Shown here piece after piece: positions 1-10,058 of a DNA stretch of 64,000 nt (positions are counted from its first letter, which is position 1; every line of letters begins with the position of its first letter). Both the position numbers and the translations under genes were made by a program. This stretch comes from Spirochaetales bacterium. GTDB lineage: Bacteria; Spirochaetota; JAAYUW01. Where the stretch lies: NCBI GenBank assembly GCA_012797605.1, contig JAAZOT010000012.1, positions 40,293 through 104,292 on the forward strand. The letters are read 5' to 3'. The notes under the pieces were generated by a model, which saw only the letters and a list, made by a program, of their open reading frames with translations, did not search any database and was not told the origin of the DNA.

Positions 1-1
1 T

Positions 2-124
2 CCATTAAGACTATTTTTAACACATCCTTTTGTAATTACTTCCAGTGGTCAAATAGATTTTCTCAAGACATCATTCTGGTATTGGGATTTTACTTTAACG
101 ATAGGAGATATTTTTACATTTTAA
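2..124 (+). CDS. C-terminal fragment of an outer-membrane beta-barrel protein (BamA-like by position); 5' end lies outside the window
   Basis: Frame 2 is open from the window edge and ends ...SFWYWDFTLTIGDIFTF* (TAA 122-124). An aromatic-rich last strand with terminal Phe is the usual OMP C-terminal signature. It sits directly upstream of skp-lpxD, as bamA commonly does. Only about 40 codons are visible. Confidence 0.4.
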   Translation, partial: PLRLFLTHPFVITSSGQIDFLKTSFWYWDFTLTIGDIFTF

Positions 125-169
125 TTTTATATTTTGATAATTTAGAAATTAACAATTTTTGGAGGAAGA

Positions 170-757
170 ATGAGTAAAAAAAGAATACTTATTCCTCTTT
201 TATTACTAATTTTAATCTTACTTACCTTTTTATCTGCAGACTTCATTAAAGTTGCAGTAGTTGATATGGAATTTGTTTTAAAAGAATATAAGATAACACT
301 TGTAGATATCAAAAGACAGTTTTATATTGATGAAATGACCTTGAAATTTGAAAAGATTAAAGCCGAAATAGATGCTATAAATCAAAAACTTTCAAGTCCT
401 AATTTGACTTCCGAAGAAAAAACAAAACTAGAACAAAATAGACAAGATAAGTTAAATGAAGTAATTCAGCTAAGAGATTACTATAAAAAGTTAGATGAAG
501 ATTTACAACAAAATAGGCAAAAATATATAATGGAAGATATATATTTCTCAATAAAAAAAGTATGTGAAAAGAAAGGTTATGCTTTAGCTTTTGATTCTAA
601 GATGGTAGGTATTTTGTTTTATGCTGACTACATAGATATTTCTAAAGATGTTCTTGAATATTTATTTATAATGATAGTAAGATTTTTAAAGGATAATAAT
701 GTTACAAATCCTGAAAGATATGGTATAGATCCAAATCTTTACAAACAATATCAATAG
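170..757 (+). CDS. skp: Skp/OmpH-family periplasmic chaperone
   Basis: Signal peptide (LLLLILILLTFLSA), then VAVVDMEFVLKEYK and a long K/E/Q-rich coiled region typical of OmpH. GGAGGA RBS upstream. Classic position before lpxD. Confidence 0.75.
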   Translation: MSKKRILIPLLLLILILLTFLSADFIKVAVVDMEFVLKEYKITLVDIKRQFYIDEMTLKFEKIKAEIDAINQKLSSPNLTSEEKTKLEQNRQDKLNEVIQLRDYYKKLDEDLQQNRQKYIMEDIYFSIKKVCEKKGYALAFDSKMVGILFYADYIDISKDVLEYLFIMIVRFLKDNNVTNPERYGIDPNLYKQYQ

Positions 758-781
758 AGAGAATTTTTTTATATAAATTTT

Positions 782-1855
782 ATGATTAAATACATTAAAA
801 AAGAACATTTTGTTAATGAATTAAGTCAATTTGCAAAGATTAAAATACTCGGAAATGATCAAAATACTTTTTCAGATATTTCGAATTTAGATGATATAAA
901 AAATAATTCTTTAATCTATGTTAGCGAAATTAGATTTTTTGAAATAGCTTGTAATTCTAGAGCTTCAGCAATAATTATTCCATATACTTTGGAAGAAAAA
1001 GCTAAAGAAATTATAAAGATAGATCCAGTAAAAACATTCATTTTATACGAAAATCCAAAGTTACTATTTACATATGCTACTTCTTTTTTTAAGAAAAGAA
1101 TCCCTAATTATGGTATTGATAAAAGTGTTATAACCAAATCTAATTTAGATGAAACAAATGTTGAGATAAATCCGTATGTGACAATAGGTGAAAATGTAGT
1201 AATAGAAAAAGATGTCATAATAGATTCATTCGTATCCATAGGAGACAATTGCATTATTAAAGAGGGAACCATAATTTTTTCTGGTGTCAAAATATATGAA
1301 AATTGTGAAATTGGAAAAAATTGCATAATTCATGCAAATACCGTAATTGGTGCTGATGGTTTTGGTTTTGTATCAAATGGAGAAAACTACCAAAAAATTG
1401 AGCATCTTGGAAGAGTTATTATAGAGGATAATGTAGAGATAGGAGCAAATTGCTCTATAGATAGAGCGACTTTAGGTGAAACAAGGATTAAAAAAGGAAC
1501 AAAAATTGATAATCTTGTACAAATCGCTCACAATGTAACCATAGGTGAGAATTCAATTATTTGCGCTCAAGTTGGGATTGCTGGCGGAGCAAAAATTGGA
1601 AAACAAGTCACTTTTGCAGGACAAGTTGGTGTTTCAGACCATGCAATTGTAGAAGATAATGTGATAGTCGGCGCTCAAGCAGGTCTTACAACTAAAAAAT
1701 ATGAGAAAAATTCCTTTTTATTAGGAACACCTGCTATTGACGCAATGAAATTTAAAAAGTCTATTGTTTTATTTTCTCAACTTCCAGATATAGTTAAAAA
1801 GTTGTATGAAATTGAAAACCTAATGAATGAGATAAAAAATAAAAGTAAAGATTAA
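782..1855 (+). CDS. lpxD: UDP-3-O-acylglucosamine N-acyltransferase
   Basis: 357 aa with a long left-handed beta-helix hexapeptide region ([25 protein letters not shown]...[26 protein letters not shown]). Length and skp-lpxD-lpxA context fit. Confidence 0.93.
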   Translation: MIKYIKKEHFVNELSQFAKIKILGNDQNTFSDISNLDDIKNNSLIYVSEIRFFEIACNSRASAIIIPYTLEEKAKEIIKIDPVKTFILYENPKLLFTYATSFFKKRIPNYGIDKSVITKSNLDETNVEINPYVTIGENVVIEKDVIIDSFVSIGDNCIIKEGTIIFSGVKIYENCEIGKNCIIHANTVIGADGFGFVSNGENYQKIEHLGRVIIEDNVEIGANCSIDRATLGETRIKKGTKIDNLVQIAHNVTIGENSIICAQVGIAGGAKIGKQVTFAGQVGVSDHAIVEDNVIVGAQAGLTTKKYEKNSFLLGTPAIDAMKFKKSIVLFSQLPDIVKKLYEIENLMNEIKNKSKD

Positions 1856-1871
1856 AATATAGGAAATCTTT

Positions 1872-2675
1872 ATGAATAAAATCGAAAAAAATTGTAAAAT
1901 TTCTGAAGATTTAATAATAGGGGATGGAAATCAGATAGGTTCAAATGTCATAATAAAGGAAGGATGTGTAATTGGAAATAATAATATTATTTTAGATAAT
2001 ACTATTATTGGCCCTTATGTCAAGATGGGAGATAATAATGAAATAGGCTATTTTACTTATTTAGGAGGAGATCCTCAAGATCATGATTTTATAAAAAATT
2101 CAATATCATATGTTGAAATAGGGAATAATAATATTATAAGAGAATATGTTACAATCCATAGAGGAACAAAAGAAAACTCAAAAACCATAATTAGAGATAA
2201 TAATTTTTTAATGTCTTATGTTCATTTAGGACATAATGATATTGTGGGAAGCAACTGTACCTTTACAAATCTTGTTCAACTCTCAGGTTATGTTGAAGTT
2301 GAAGATAATGTAGTTTGGGGTGGTATGTCTGGAGCACATCAATTCTGTAAAATTGGTGCTTATACAATGGTTGGTGGAAAATCATATATAAATAAAGATA
2401 TATTGCCGTATTCCTTGATTTTCGGAACTCCTGCAAATATTATAGGAATAAATTCTGTTGGATTAAGAAGAGCGGGATTTAGTTCGGAAGATAGAGAAAT
2501 AATAAAAACACTATTTCATATTATTTATAATAGCGGTTTAGGTTTTTCTAAAGCAATTGAAAAAATAAGAAATGAGTATTCTGGTAACATCTATGCTGAA
2601 AAGATACTAAATTTTATCGAAAGAAGTAAAAGAGGATTGGCAGCCTTTGGATATAACAAATCAGAAAATGGATAG
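1872..2675 (+). CDS. lpxA: Acyl-ACP--UDP-N-acetylglucosamine O-acyltransferase
   Basis: 267 aa with hexapeptide repeats plus the LpxA core VHLGHNDIVGSNCTFTNLVQLSGYVEVEDNVVWGGMSGAHQFCKIGAYTMVGG and a helical C-terminal domain. Confidence 0.93.
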   Translation: MNKIEKNCKISEDLIIGDGNQIGSNVIIKEGCVIGNNNIILDNTIIGPYVKMGDNNEIGYFTYLGGDPQDHDFIKNSISYVEIGNNNIIREYVTIHRGTKENSKTIIRDNNFLMSYVHLGHNDIVGSNCTFTNLVQLSGYVEVEDNVVWGGMSGAHQFCKIGAYTMVGGKSYINKDILPYSLIFGTPANIIGINSVGLRRAGFSSEDREIIKTLFHIIYNSGLGFSKAIEKIRNEYSGNIYAEKILNFIERSKRGLAAFGYNKSENG

Positions 2676-3111
2676 AACAAGGATATTATGTATAGATTGG
2701 GGTAAAAAAAAATTAGGTCTAGCAATTTCAGATCCTTTTAATTCTTATGCTATCCCATTAAAACCATTGATAAATAATGATAATATATATAGAGAGATTA
2801 TAAAAACATTAAAAGAATATAGAATAAATTTAATTGTGATCGGATATCCTTTATTGGAAAATAATCAAGAAACAAAAATGTGCAAAATTATAAAGGATTT
2901 CTCTGAAATATTAAAAAATGAATTAATAAAGGAAAAGATTAGTACTGAGATTTATTTGCAAAATGAATTTTATAGTACAAAAAATGCTAAAAATCTCGCT
3001 CAAAATTTTGAATCAAGCAAGAAAAATTGGGAAATTTTTAAAGATTCTTACTCCGCAAAAGTCATTTTAGAAGATTTTTTATTTGATAATTTTATTAAAA
3101 AAAAGAATTAA
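2668..3111 (+). CDS. ruvX: YqgF/RuvX-family putative pre-16S rRNA nuclease / Holliday-junction-resolvase-like protein
   Basis: RILCIDWGKKKLGLAISD N-terminal RNase-H-fold motif. The track ORF begins at a TTG (2647). ATG 2668 is the more likely start and overlaps the lpxA stop (ATGGATAG). Confidence 0.85.
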   Translation: MDRTRILCIDWGKKKLGLAISDPFNSYAIPLKPLINNDNIYREIIKTLKEYRINLIVIGYPLLENNQETKMCKIIKDFSEILKNELIKEKISTEIYLQNEFYSTKNAKNLAQNFESSKKNWEIFKDSYSAKVILEDFLFDNFIKKKN

Positions 3112-3245
3112 TAAAGTTGTTGAAAAAAATCAACATCAATGTGAATAATCATAACATTTCTGATAACATAAAATCTTGTTTGCTTTGATAATTCTAATAA
3201 AAGAGAAAATAAAATTTAGGTATAAAAATTGCTTATATTTAAGAG

Positions 3246-4172
3246 ATGAAAAGAAATACAATTAAGAAAACAATAACCAGAAGCGGTATTTCAATACATA
3301 ACGGTAAGATTTGCTCAATAACATGTAGACCATCTTACTATAATAAAGGTATAATTTTCTATAATATAGCTAAAGATCCATATAAACTTTATCCTATTCC
3401 ATTATCTCCTTTTGCTGTTTCAAGTACAAATAATAGTACCTCTTTAGGCATTAAAAATACGATAAATACTGTTGAACATCTTTTATCTGCCCTTTCCATG
3501 TTTTACATTTCTGATCTTATTATCGAAGTGGATGGAGATGAAATACCAATACTAGATGGTTCAGCATATTCTTTTGTTGAAATGATTAAAGAAGCTGGTA
3601 TTGAAGAACTTGACGAAGAACAAGATATATTAAAAATTACTTATCCAGTGTGGATTGTTTCTGAAGATAAATATATCATTGCAATGCCTTCATCAAAATT
3701 TTCTATTACCTATAGCATAGATTTCAGTTCTAAAAGTCAACTCTTACCATATCAAGTTGTATATCTTACTTTAGATACAGATACCTTTATTAAAGAGATA
3801 TCTAGAGCTCGAACATTTGGATTTTTAGAAGATATAGAACATCTTAAAAATAATAATCTTGCTCTAGGCGGTAGTCTTGATAATGCTCTTATTTTTACCA
3901 AAGAGGGTATATTAAATAAAGAAACTAGATATCAAAATGAAGCTATTAGACATAAAATTCTTGACCTTATAGGAGATTTGTACCTTTTAGGTAGACCTAT
4001 TGAAGGACATATTATAGCTCACAAAGCTGGACATAACTTAGATGTAAGATTCGCTAAAAAGCTTTATTGGAATGAAATAAATAGAGAAAATGCTGAAAAT
4101 ATTCAAAAAATTCTAGATGATTTTGAAAATATCTCCAATAAATTAAAAATTTCTATCAGAGAAAATTTTTAA
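3246..4172 (+). CDS. lpxC: UDP-3-O-acyl-N-acetylglucosamine deacetylase
   Basis: TVEHLLSALSMFYISDLIIEVDGDEIPILDGSA, RTFGFLEDIEHL and HKILDLIGDLYLLGRPIEGHIIAHKAGHNL are canonical LpxC blocks. Confidence 0.93.
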   Translation: MKRNTIKKTITRSGISIHNGKICSITCRPSYYNKGIIFYNIAKDPYKLYPIPLSPFAVSSTNNSTSLGIKNTINTVEHLLSALSMFYISDLIIEVDGDEIPILDGSAYSFVEMIKEAGIEELDEEQDILKITYPVWIVSEDKYIIAMPSSKFSITYSIDFSSKSQLLPYQVVYLTLDTDTFIKEISRARTFGFLEDIEHLKNNNLALGGSLDNALIFTKEGILNKETRYQNEAIRHKILDLIGDLYLLGRPIEGHIIAHKAGHNLDVRFAKKLYWNEINRENAENIQKILDDFENISNKLKISIRENF

Positions 4173-4345
4173 GCTTGATGAAAATCTAGTTTCTATAAAT
4201 TTCTGTTTATTTAAAACTATATATCATAATTAATCTCAAATTTAATAATTAGTTGATTATTGAATACAATCTTTTTATAAAATAATTAATAAAATTCATA
4301 TCTTCAATTTAAATTTTTAAATTTTTGTGTATCTTATTTTTATCT

Positions 4346-6907
4346 ATGGAAGGATACAATTCAGTCGAAAAAATATTTTCCAAAAATGCTATAAAAGCCT
4401 TAAAAGATTCTCTCAATAAAAGCAATGAAAATGAAATATTTTGGGGGTGCAATCTAGATGAATCAAAACAATTAATTGATTCTGTTGAAACAATATTTTT
4501 TGGTTCTAATCATTCTGTTTTGTTTGATAAGAAAAATGCTATCAAGTACGACCTTGTTTTACATAATCATCCAAATAATATAATTGAACCTTCAGAAGAA
4601 GATCAAATAATAGCTCACAGTTGTATAAATATGGCTGTAGGTTTTGCAATAATTGACAATGAACTAATTAATTGTTATGTTATTGTTCCTCCAAAGTCAA
4701 TTGTTAAGAGAAAAAAAGTAAAAGATTTAGAAGTAGAAAAAATATTAAAAAATCCATCTCAATCTTTATTAGATATATTACCAAATTACAAGATAAGAGA
4801 AAGTCAAATTGAATTATCCAAGTTAATACAAAATATTATAAATGACGATAAAGTTGGTTTTATAGAGGCTCCTACAGGGATAGGAAAGTCATTGGCATAT
4901 TTAATACCATCTTTTTTATATATAAAGAAAAATAATGTGAAAATCATAGTATCTACTTATACAAAAAATCTTCAAAATCAGTTGATTAAAAAAGATATAC
5001 CTTCTGTTATTAAAATATTAAATCAGAATATATCTGTAGAAGTTGCATATGGTCGACAAAATTATTTATGCTTGCTTTCTTATTCAAACTTTAAAGAAAA
5101 CTTCAACTTTTTATTTTATGAATCTATAGAGTCTGAAGTCATGCAACAACTTGAACATTGGGTAAAAAAAACCAATAATGGTCTTCTATTGGAACTAAAT
5201 GGGAATTATGAAAAAAGGGTAATTGATGAGATAAGAAGCAATTCCAATCTATGTCTTTCGACAAAATGCAAATATTTTAATGAATGTTTTTATTATAATG
5301 CAAGAAGAAGGTTAAATAATGCAGATATAATAGTGGCAAATCATCATCTTCTGCTTTCATATGAATTGAATGAGGATTTTTCAGATTTTTTTCCAATATA
5401 TAACACAATAATTTTTGATGAAGGTCACAATTTGCCAGATGTTATTGAGAGTATTTCAACTTATACATTTTCTACATTTGAAATTCAGAAAAAACTATAT
5501 AAATTGGTGCAAATATCAAATAAAAAAAAGGGTTTATTACAGCTATTAGATGACAATCTTTCAAAAAGCAATCTTCAAAATTCTACCGCTGGCAAAAAGA
5601 TATTAAGATTATCTGAAGATATTCAAAAGCAGATAGTCGAATTACAGCAACTGGTGTCAAATATCCAAAATCTAACAACTTACGAAATAATGAATATAAT
5701 AAACTCATATAAGTCAGAAAATTCAAAATTAAAAGTATTGGTGAATTTAACAGATTTAACAAAAAAGAATCCAGAAATTTTGAAAAAGATATTTGATTCC
5801 TTAGTAGAAACTTTTGATAATATAAAATTATTTACAGATTCAGTTTCTTTATTGTTAGGAATACTTGAAATCTTATTAGATAAAGGTGAAGATAGTGAAC
5901 TAGAGTTATCTTTTTTGCAATATTTATATGGAAATATAAAATCAATAGTGAGATTTTTCCTTAATATTAATGATTTTTATCATGAATTTCAAAAGCTATT
6001 AGAAAATAGTCAAAAGGTTGAAAAATACTTAAAAGTACTATGGTTTGAAATTAACAATAATATTATAGACTTTTATTTTTATAATGAAGAAAAAGGATTA
6101 ACTTTTAATGATATCATCCAGACTAAAGCAAAATCGTCTATATTCATTTCAGCAACTTTAGCTACAGAAAATTCTTTTAACTATATTAAAGAACAATTGA
6201 CATTGAAAGAGGATATAAAGAAAAATTCAATAGATAGAATATTTCCATCAATATTTCCATATGAAAAAAATTCATCTTTTTTCATAATAAAGGGAATAAA
6301 TCCTCTTGATAGAAGCAGTTATAAAAATAATATTTCAGATATAATATTACAAGTCTTGTCATATACAAAAGCTAAGACAATGATATTGACAACAGCATAT
6401 AGCGATATAAATGATATATCTGAAGCTGTAAAAAAGAATAATAAAGAGATTAAACTTTTAGTTCAAAATACAAATTCGATCAATAATTCGTTACTTGATG
6501 AATTCAAAAAGGATAGTAAATCAGTACTATTGGTAAATATGGGCTTTTGGGAAGGTATAGATCTTATTGGGAAAAATCTAGAAATTCTTATAATAAGTAA
6601 GCTACCTTTTAAAGTTCCCGATACTCCAATACTTAAGGCTAGAACAGAGAGAATGGATAATCTTGGACAAAATTCTTTTTTTAAGTTATCTTTGCCATAT
6701 GCAATCATTAAACTAAAACAAGGTTTTGGTAGATTAATAAGATCAGAAGATGAGACTGGGATTTGTATACTTTTAGATGATAGGGTCATTTCTAAAAATT
6801 ATGGTTATTTAATTTTAGATTCACTACCAAAAGCAAAAATAGAGATAATTGAAAAAGAGCAATTTTTAAACAAGTTCATTGAAAGATGTAAAGAACTTGA
6901 AATTTAA
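4346..6907 (+). CDS. DinG/XPD-family Fe-S ATP-dependent DNA helicase with an N-terminal RadC-like JAB (MPN) domain
   Basis: Helicase: Walker A EAPTGIGKSLAYLIPS (about nt 4868-4891), DEGHNL box, four-Cys cluster region (YLCLLS...NLCLSTKCKYFNEC), and C-terminal GFWEGIDL / QGFGRLIRS motifs. N-terminus: LVLHNHPNNIIEPSEEDQ matches HxHx7Sx2D (nt 4562-4603). The track ORF starts at TTG 4325; ATG 4346 is more likely. Confidence 0.8.
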   Translation: MEGYNSVEKIFSKNAIKALKDSLNKSNENEIFWGCNLDESKQLIDSVETIFFGSNHSVLFDKKNAIKYDLVLHNHPNNIIEPSEEDQIIAHSCINMAVGFAIIDNELINCYVIVPPKSIVKRKKVKDLEVEKILKNPSQSLLDILPNYKIRESQIELSKLIQNIINDDKVGFIEAPTGIGKSLAYLIPSFLYIKKNNVKIIVSTYTKNLQNQLIKKDIPSVIKILNQNISVEVAYGRQNYLCLLSYSNFKENFNFLFYESIESEVMQQLEHWVKKTNNGLLLELNGNYEKRVIDEIRSNSNLCLSTKCKYFNECFYYNARRRLNNADIIVANHHLLLSYELNEDFSDFFPIYNTIIFDEGHNLPDVIESISTYTFSTFEIQKKLYKLVQISNKKKGLLQLLDDNLSKSNLQNSTAGKKILRLSEDIQKQIVELQQLVSNIQNLTTYEIMNIINSYKSENSKLKVLVNLTDLTKKNPEILKKIFDSLVETFDNIKLFTDSVSLLLGILEILLDKGEDSELELSFLQYLYGNIKSIVRFFLNINDFYHEFQKLLENSQKVEKYLKVLWFEINNNIIDFYFYNEEKGLTFNDIIQTKAKSSIFISATLATENSFNYIKEQLTLKEDIKKNSIDRIFPSIFPYEKNSSFFIIKGINPLDRSSYKNNISDIILQVLSYTKAKTMILTTAYSDINDISEAVKKNNKEIKLLVQNTNSINNSLLDEFKKDSKSVLLVNMGFWEGIDLIGKNLEILIISKLPFKVPDTPILKARTERMDNLGQNSFFKLSLPYAIIKLKQGFGRLIRSEDETGICILLDDRVISKNYGYLILDSLPKAKIEIIEKEQFLNKFIERCKELEI

Positions 6908-6966
6908 AAATAATGGACTTATATTCTTTTTGCTTAAATAAAAAATTGGTGTAAATAAGTAAATGT

Positions 6967-8109
6967 ATGAATAATAAAAAATCTTTTATTATTAAAAAGT
7001 TTTGTGTTATTATTATAATTTTTGCTTTAATATTTGTTTTTCAAAACAACATATTAACCGATACAAAACCTCAAATACCTTCCGATAAAATAAAATACTA
7101 TGAAGATGTTCTCTTATATGGAACTGAAGAAGAACTTCAAAAAGCATTAAGTGAATTGCTACTTTATGATGTAACTCCACTTTTAAATCAACTCTTAAAT
7201 TTATTAAATTCCTCTATTAAACCTTCTATTAAAATTGCCATAATTAACTGTATTAGATCTTTAAAAGAAAAAGCAAAAGTAATTGCTCCTTCCTTAAAAG
7301 TTATAATAACAGATAAATATGCAGACAAGAACCTACTTGCAGTAACTATTTTGGCTTGCGGTGAACTTGGATTAATTGAATTTGAAGATGATCTTTTCAA
7401 TATTTTTAATGATAAGGTTTATAAAGATGATATTAATATATTAAAAAACATTTTAATAGCTCTTGGTAAAATGCAGTCTAAAAAATATATAGATCAAATA
7501 TTTTCATACCTTATCGATTCTAAGAATAATTCTGAAATTCGTTCAGCAGCAGCCTTATATTTTTCTGAATTCGATAGTATAGATATAAAGTATATTCAAA
7601 AATTCAATGAGATAGTTATAGATAAAACAGAAAATTCATTTATAAGAAGATATTTGTTATATGCTTTATCAAAATATAAAGATCAATCTTCTTATGAATT
7701 TATAGTCAAGGCAATAAGCGATGAAGACCCATATATTCAAATATATGCTGCAAGAGCATTAAAGGAATATAAATCTGATGAAGCAATTTCTGTTCTATTA
7801 AATGCTTTGAGAAGTAACAACCCATCAGTAAGAGTTGAAGTTTTAAATCTTCTTGGAGAAATAAAAAGTCTTGAACCTATTGATGCTATTGTTTATAAAA
7901 TAATGAATGATAAGGATAATAATGTAAGAAAAGCGGCAAGGGAAGCTTTTTTAAAAATTATTGAAGCTAATAAAAATGCTAATTTTACACCAGAGCAAGC
8001 TGAAACAATCAAAAATACTTTACTATATATTTTTAAATATGATCCATTGGAATCCAATAGGTTAAGAGCAAAACAATTGTTATTAGAAATTTTTAAAATG
8101 AATGTATAA
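6967..8109 (+). CDS. HEAT-repeat (PBS-lyase-type) protein with N-terminal membrane anchor
   Basis: N-terminal hydrophobic segment, then repeated helical units such as DPYIQIYAARALKEYKSDEAISVLLNALRSNNPSVRVEVLNLLGEIKSLEPIDAIVYKIMNDKDNNVRKAAREAF. Confidence 0.7.
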   Translation: MNNKKSFIIKKFCVIIIIFALIFVFQNNILTDTKPQIPSDKIKYYEDVLLYGTEEELQKALSELLLYDVTPLLNQLLNLLNSSIKPSIKIAIINCIRSLKEKAKVIAPSLKVIITDKYADKNLLAVTILACGELGLIEFEDDLFNIFNDKVYKDDINILKNILIALGKMQSKKYIDQIFSYLIDSKNNSEIRSAAALYFSEFDSIDIKYIQKFNEIVIDKTENSFIRRYLLYALSKYKDQSSYEFIVKAISDEDPYIQIYAARALKEYKSDEAISVLLNALRSNNPSVRVEVLNLLGEIKSLEPIDAIVYKIMNDKDNNVRKAAREAFLKIIEANKNANFTPEQAETIKNTLLYIFKYDPLESNRLRAKQLLLEIFKMNV

Positions 8110-8165
8110 TTTCATGTAATAATTAATGATTAATTTACTTATTTATAATCAAAAAGGGGTAAAAA

Positions 8166-9248
8166 ATGCCAGATAATGAAAAGTTAAAAGAAAAAGAAAA
8201 ACTACTTGATTCAACGATTGAAGCAATAAAGCGACAATTTGGTGAAGGTTCAATAATGAAATATGGGGAAAACAAACATCCCGATATTGAGGTTATTCCA
8301 ACTGGATCTTTAGCATTAGATATAGCTCTTGGAATAGGTGGATTACCTAGAGGTAGAATTATAGAAATATACGGTGCTGAATCTTCTGGTAAGACTACTT
8401 TAGCCCTTCATTGCATCGCTGAAGCACAAAAATTAGGAGGAGTAGCTGCATTTATAGATGCAGAACATGCACTTGATCCATTATATGCACAAAAACTTGG
8501 CGTCAAAATAGAAGATCTCATTATATCCCAGCCAGATAATGGAGAACAGGCTCTTGAAATTACAGACGCATTGATTAAATCTCAGGCGGTTGATTTAATT
8601 GTTATTGACTCGGTTGCCGCATTAGTTCCAAAATCAGAGATCGAAGGTGATATGGGTGATTCATTCATCGGTACACAAGCAAGATTGATGTCTCAAGCTA
8701 TGAGAAAACTTACTGGTTCTATTTCAAAATCAAACTCTATTCTTTTATTCATAAATCAAGTTAGAATGAAGATTTCTTCCATTCCTTTTGGTAATCCTGA
8801 AACAACTCCCGGTGGACTTGCTTTGAAATTCTATTCATCAATAATTATCAATATTAAAAAATTAGAAAATATAACCCAAGGCGAAGAGACTTTAGGCTCT
8901 GGTGTTAAAATGACAGTTAAAAAAAATAAGTTGTCTCCTCCATTCAAAGTTGCGGAAACGGTTCTTTTATATGAAAAAGGTTTTTCAAAAGAACTTGAAC
9001 TTCTTGAACTTGGAACTAAATTAGATCTAATCAAAAAAACTGGAACCTGGTTCAGTTATCAAGATATAAAACTTGGTCAGGGTAAATTGAATGCCGCTGC
9101 TTTTTTAACAGATAACAAAGAAATATCATTAGAAATTGAAAACAAAATTAGAGAATATTATCAATTAAAACCAGTTCAACCCTTGAACAACATAACAGTT
9201 GAAAATAAAGTACAAGAAGAAGCGAAAAAGGGTAAGAAGAATGGCTGA
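8166..9248 (+). CDS. recA: Recombinase RecA
   Basis: [31 protein letters not shown] (Walker A), [30 protein letters not shown] and FINQVRMKI...[17 protein letters not shown] match across the full length. AAAAGGGG RBS upstream. Confidence 0.97.
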   Translation: MPDNEKLKEKEKLLDSTIEAIKRQFGEGSIMKYGENKHPDIEVIPTGSLALDIALGIGGLPRGRIIEIYGAESSGKTTLALHCIAEAQKLGGVAAFIDAEHALDPLYAQKLGVKIEDLIISQPDNGEQALEITDALIKSQAVDLIVIDSVAALVPKSEIEGDMGDSFIGTQARLMSQAMRKLTGSISKSNSILLFINQVRMKISSIPFGNPETTPGGLALKFYSSIIINIKKLENITQGEETLGSGVKMTVKKNKLSPPFKVAETVLLYEKGFSKELELLELGTKLDLIKKTGTWFSYQDIKLGQGKLNAAAFLTDNKEISLEIENKIREYYQLKPVQPLNNITVENKVQEEAKKGKKNG

Positions 9249-10032
9249 GAAGGAAAGGATTAAGGTAGGAATATCTGGAAGTCTAGGTCAGATGAATCAA
9301 TCAATTATTAATTTAATACTAAAAGATGAAACCATGGTATTATCATCATTATTTGAACCATATAAAAAAGTTTCTGAGCAAGATTATATTTTGGTTTCAA
9401 CTGAAAAATTGTTTCATTCAAATGACATAAATATATTAGAAAATTCAGATATCATTCTAGATTTTTCCCATGATAGTAATACTTTTAATCTTTTATCCTT
9501 CGCTGAAAGAAATAAGAAAAAACTTGTTATCGGTACAACAAAATTATCCAATCAGACATTTGATTTGATGAGAAAAGTTTCCAAAAATATTCCTGTTTTT
9601 TATTCACCAAATATGAGTTATGGTATAAATGCTTTTTTTTCATTGATACCTTCATTTTTAGAAAAATTCAAAGATTTTGATATTGAGATTATTGAAAAAC
9701 ATCATAGAAGAAAAAAAGATGCACCTTCTGGAACAGCTCTGAAAATGTTAGAAATAATCAAAAATAAGAAAAAAGACTATGTTCCAATTTTTGATAGAAC
9801 TAATCTAGATAGACAAAGAGAAAATAACGAAATAGGGATCTGCTCTATAAGAGGTGGTGGAGTCTATGGAAATCATACAATTCTTTTCTTAAGTGAAAGC
9901 GAAGAGATAGAAATTACCCATAGAACACTTAATAAAGATTCTTTGGCTAAAGGTGCACTATTAGCTTTAAAATATATAAATAATAAGACAAATGGTCTAT
10001 TTTTTTATGATGATATCTTTAAGGAAAATTAA
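9241..10032 (+). CDS. dapB: 4-hydroxy-tetrahydrodipicolinate reductase
   Basis: [13 protein letters not shown]-terminal Rossmann motif, [10 protein letters not shown] and [25 protein letters not shown] 9241 overlaps the recA stop by 8 nt (ATGGCTGA). The track's 9199 start lies inside recA. Confidence 0.9.
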   Translation: MAEKERIKVGISGSLGQMNQSIINLILKDETMVLSSLFEPYKKVSEQDYILVSTEKLFHSNDINILENSDIILDFSHDSNTFNLLSFAERNKKKLVIGTTKLSNQTFDLMRKVSKNIPVFYSPNMSYGINAFFSLIPSFLEKFKDFDIEIIEKHHRRKKDAPSGTALKMLEIIKNKKKDYVPIFDRTNLDRQRENNEIGICSIRGGGVYGNHTILFLSESEEIEITHRTLNKDSLAKGALLALKYINNKTNGLFFYDDIFKEN

Positions 10033-10058
10033 AATAGTCAATATATATTGGAATAAAA

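Noticed and set aside
4325-4345. N-terminally extended gene models from the ORF track: dinG-like at 4325, ruvX at 2647, dapB at 9199, rpsA at 12182, amidase at 42796 and the GT-C gene at 62597.
   Set aside because: Five of the extensions begin at TTG codons, and the dapB one begins at an ATG inside recA. They add residues with no counterpart in homologues (e.g. MCILFLS, MTFYKCLYTFVDINSQRIII) or run into the upstream gene. The first in-frame ATG gives N-termini that match the family pattern. The exact starts remain unverified.
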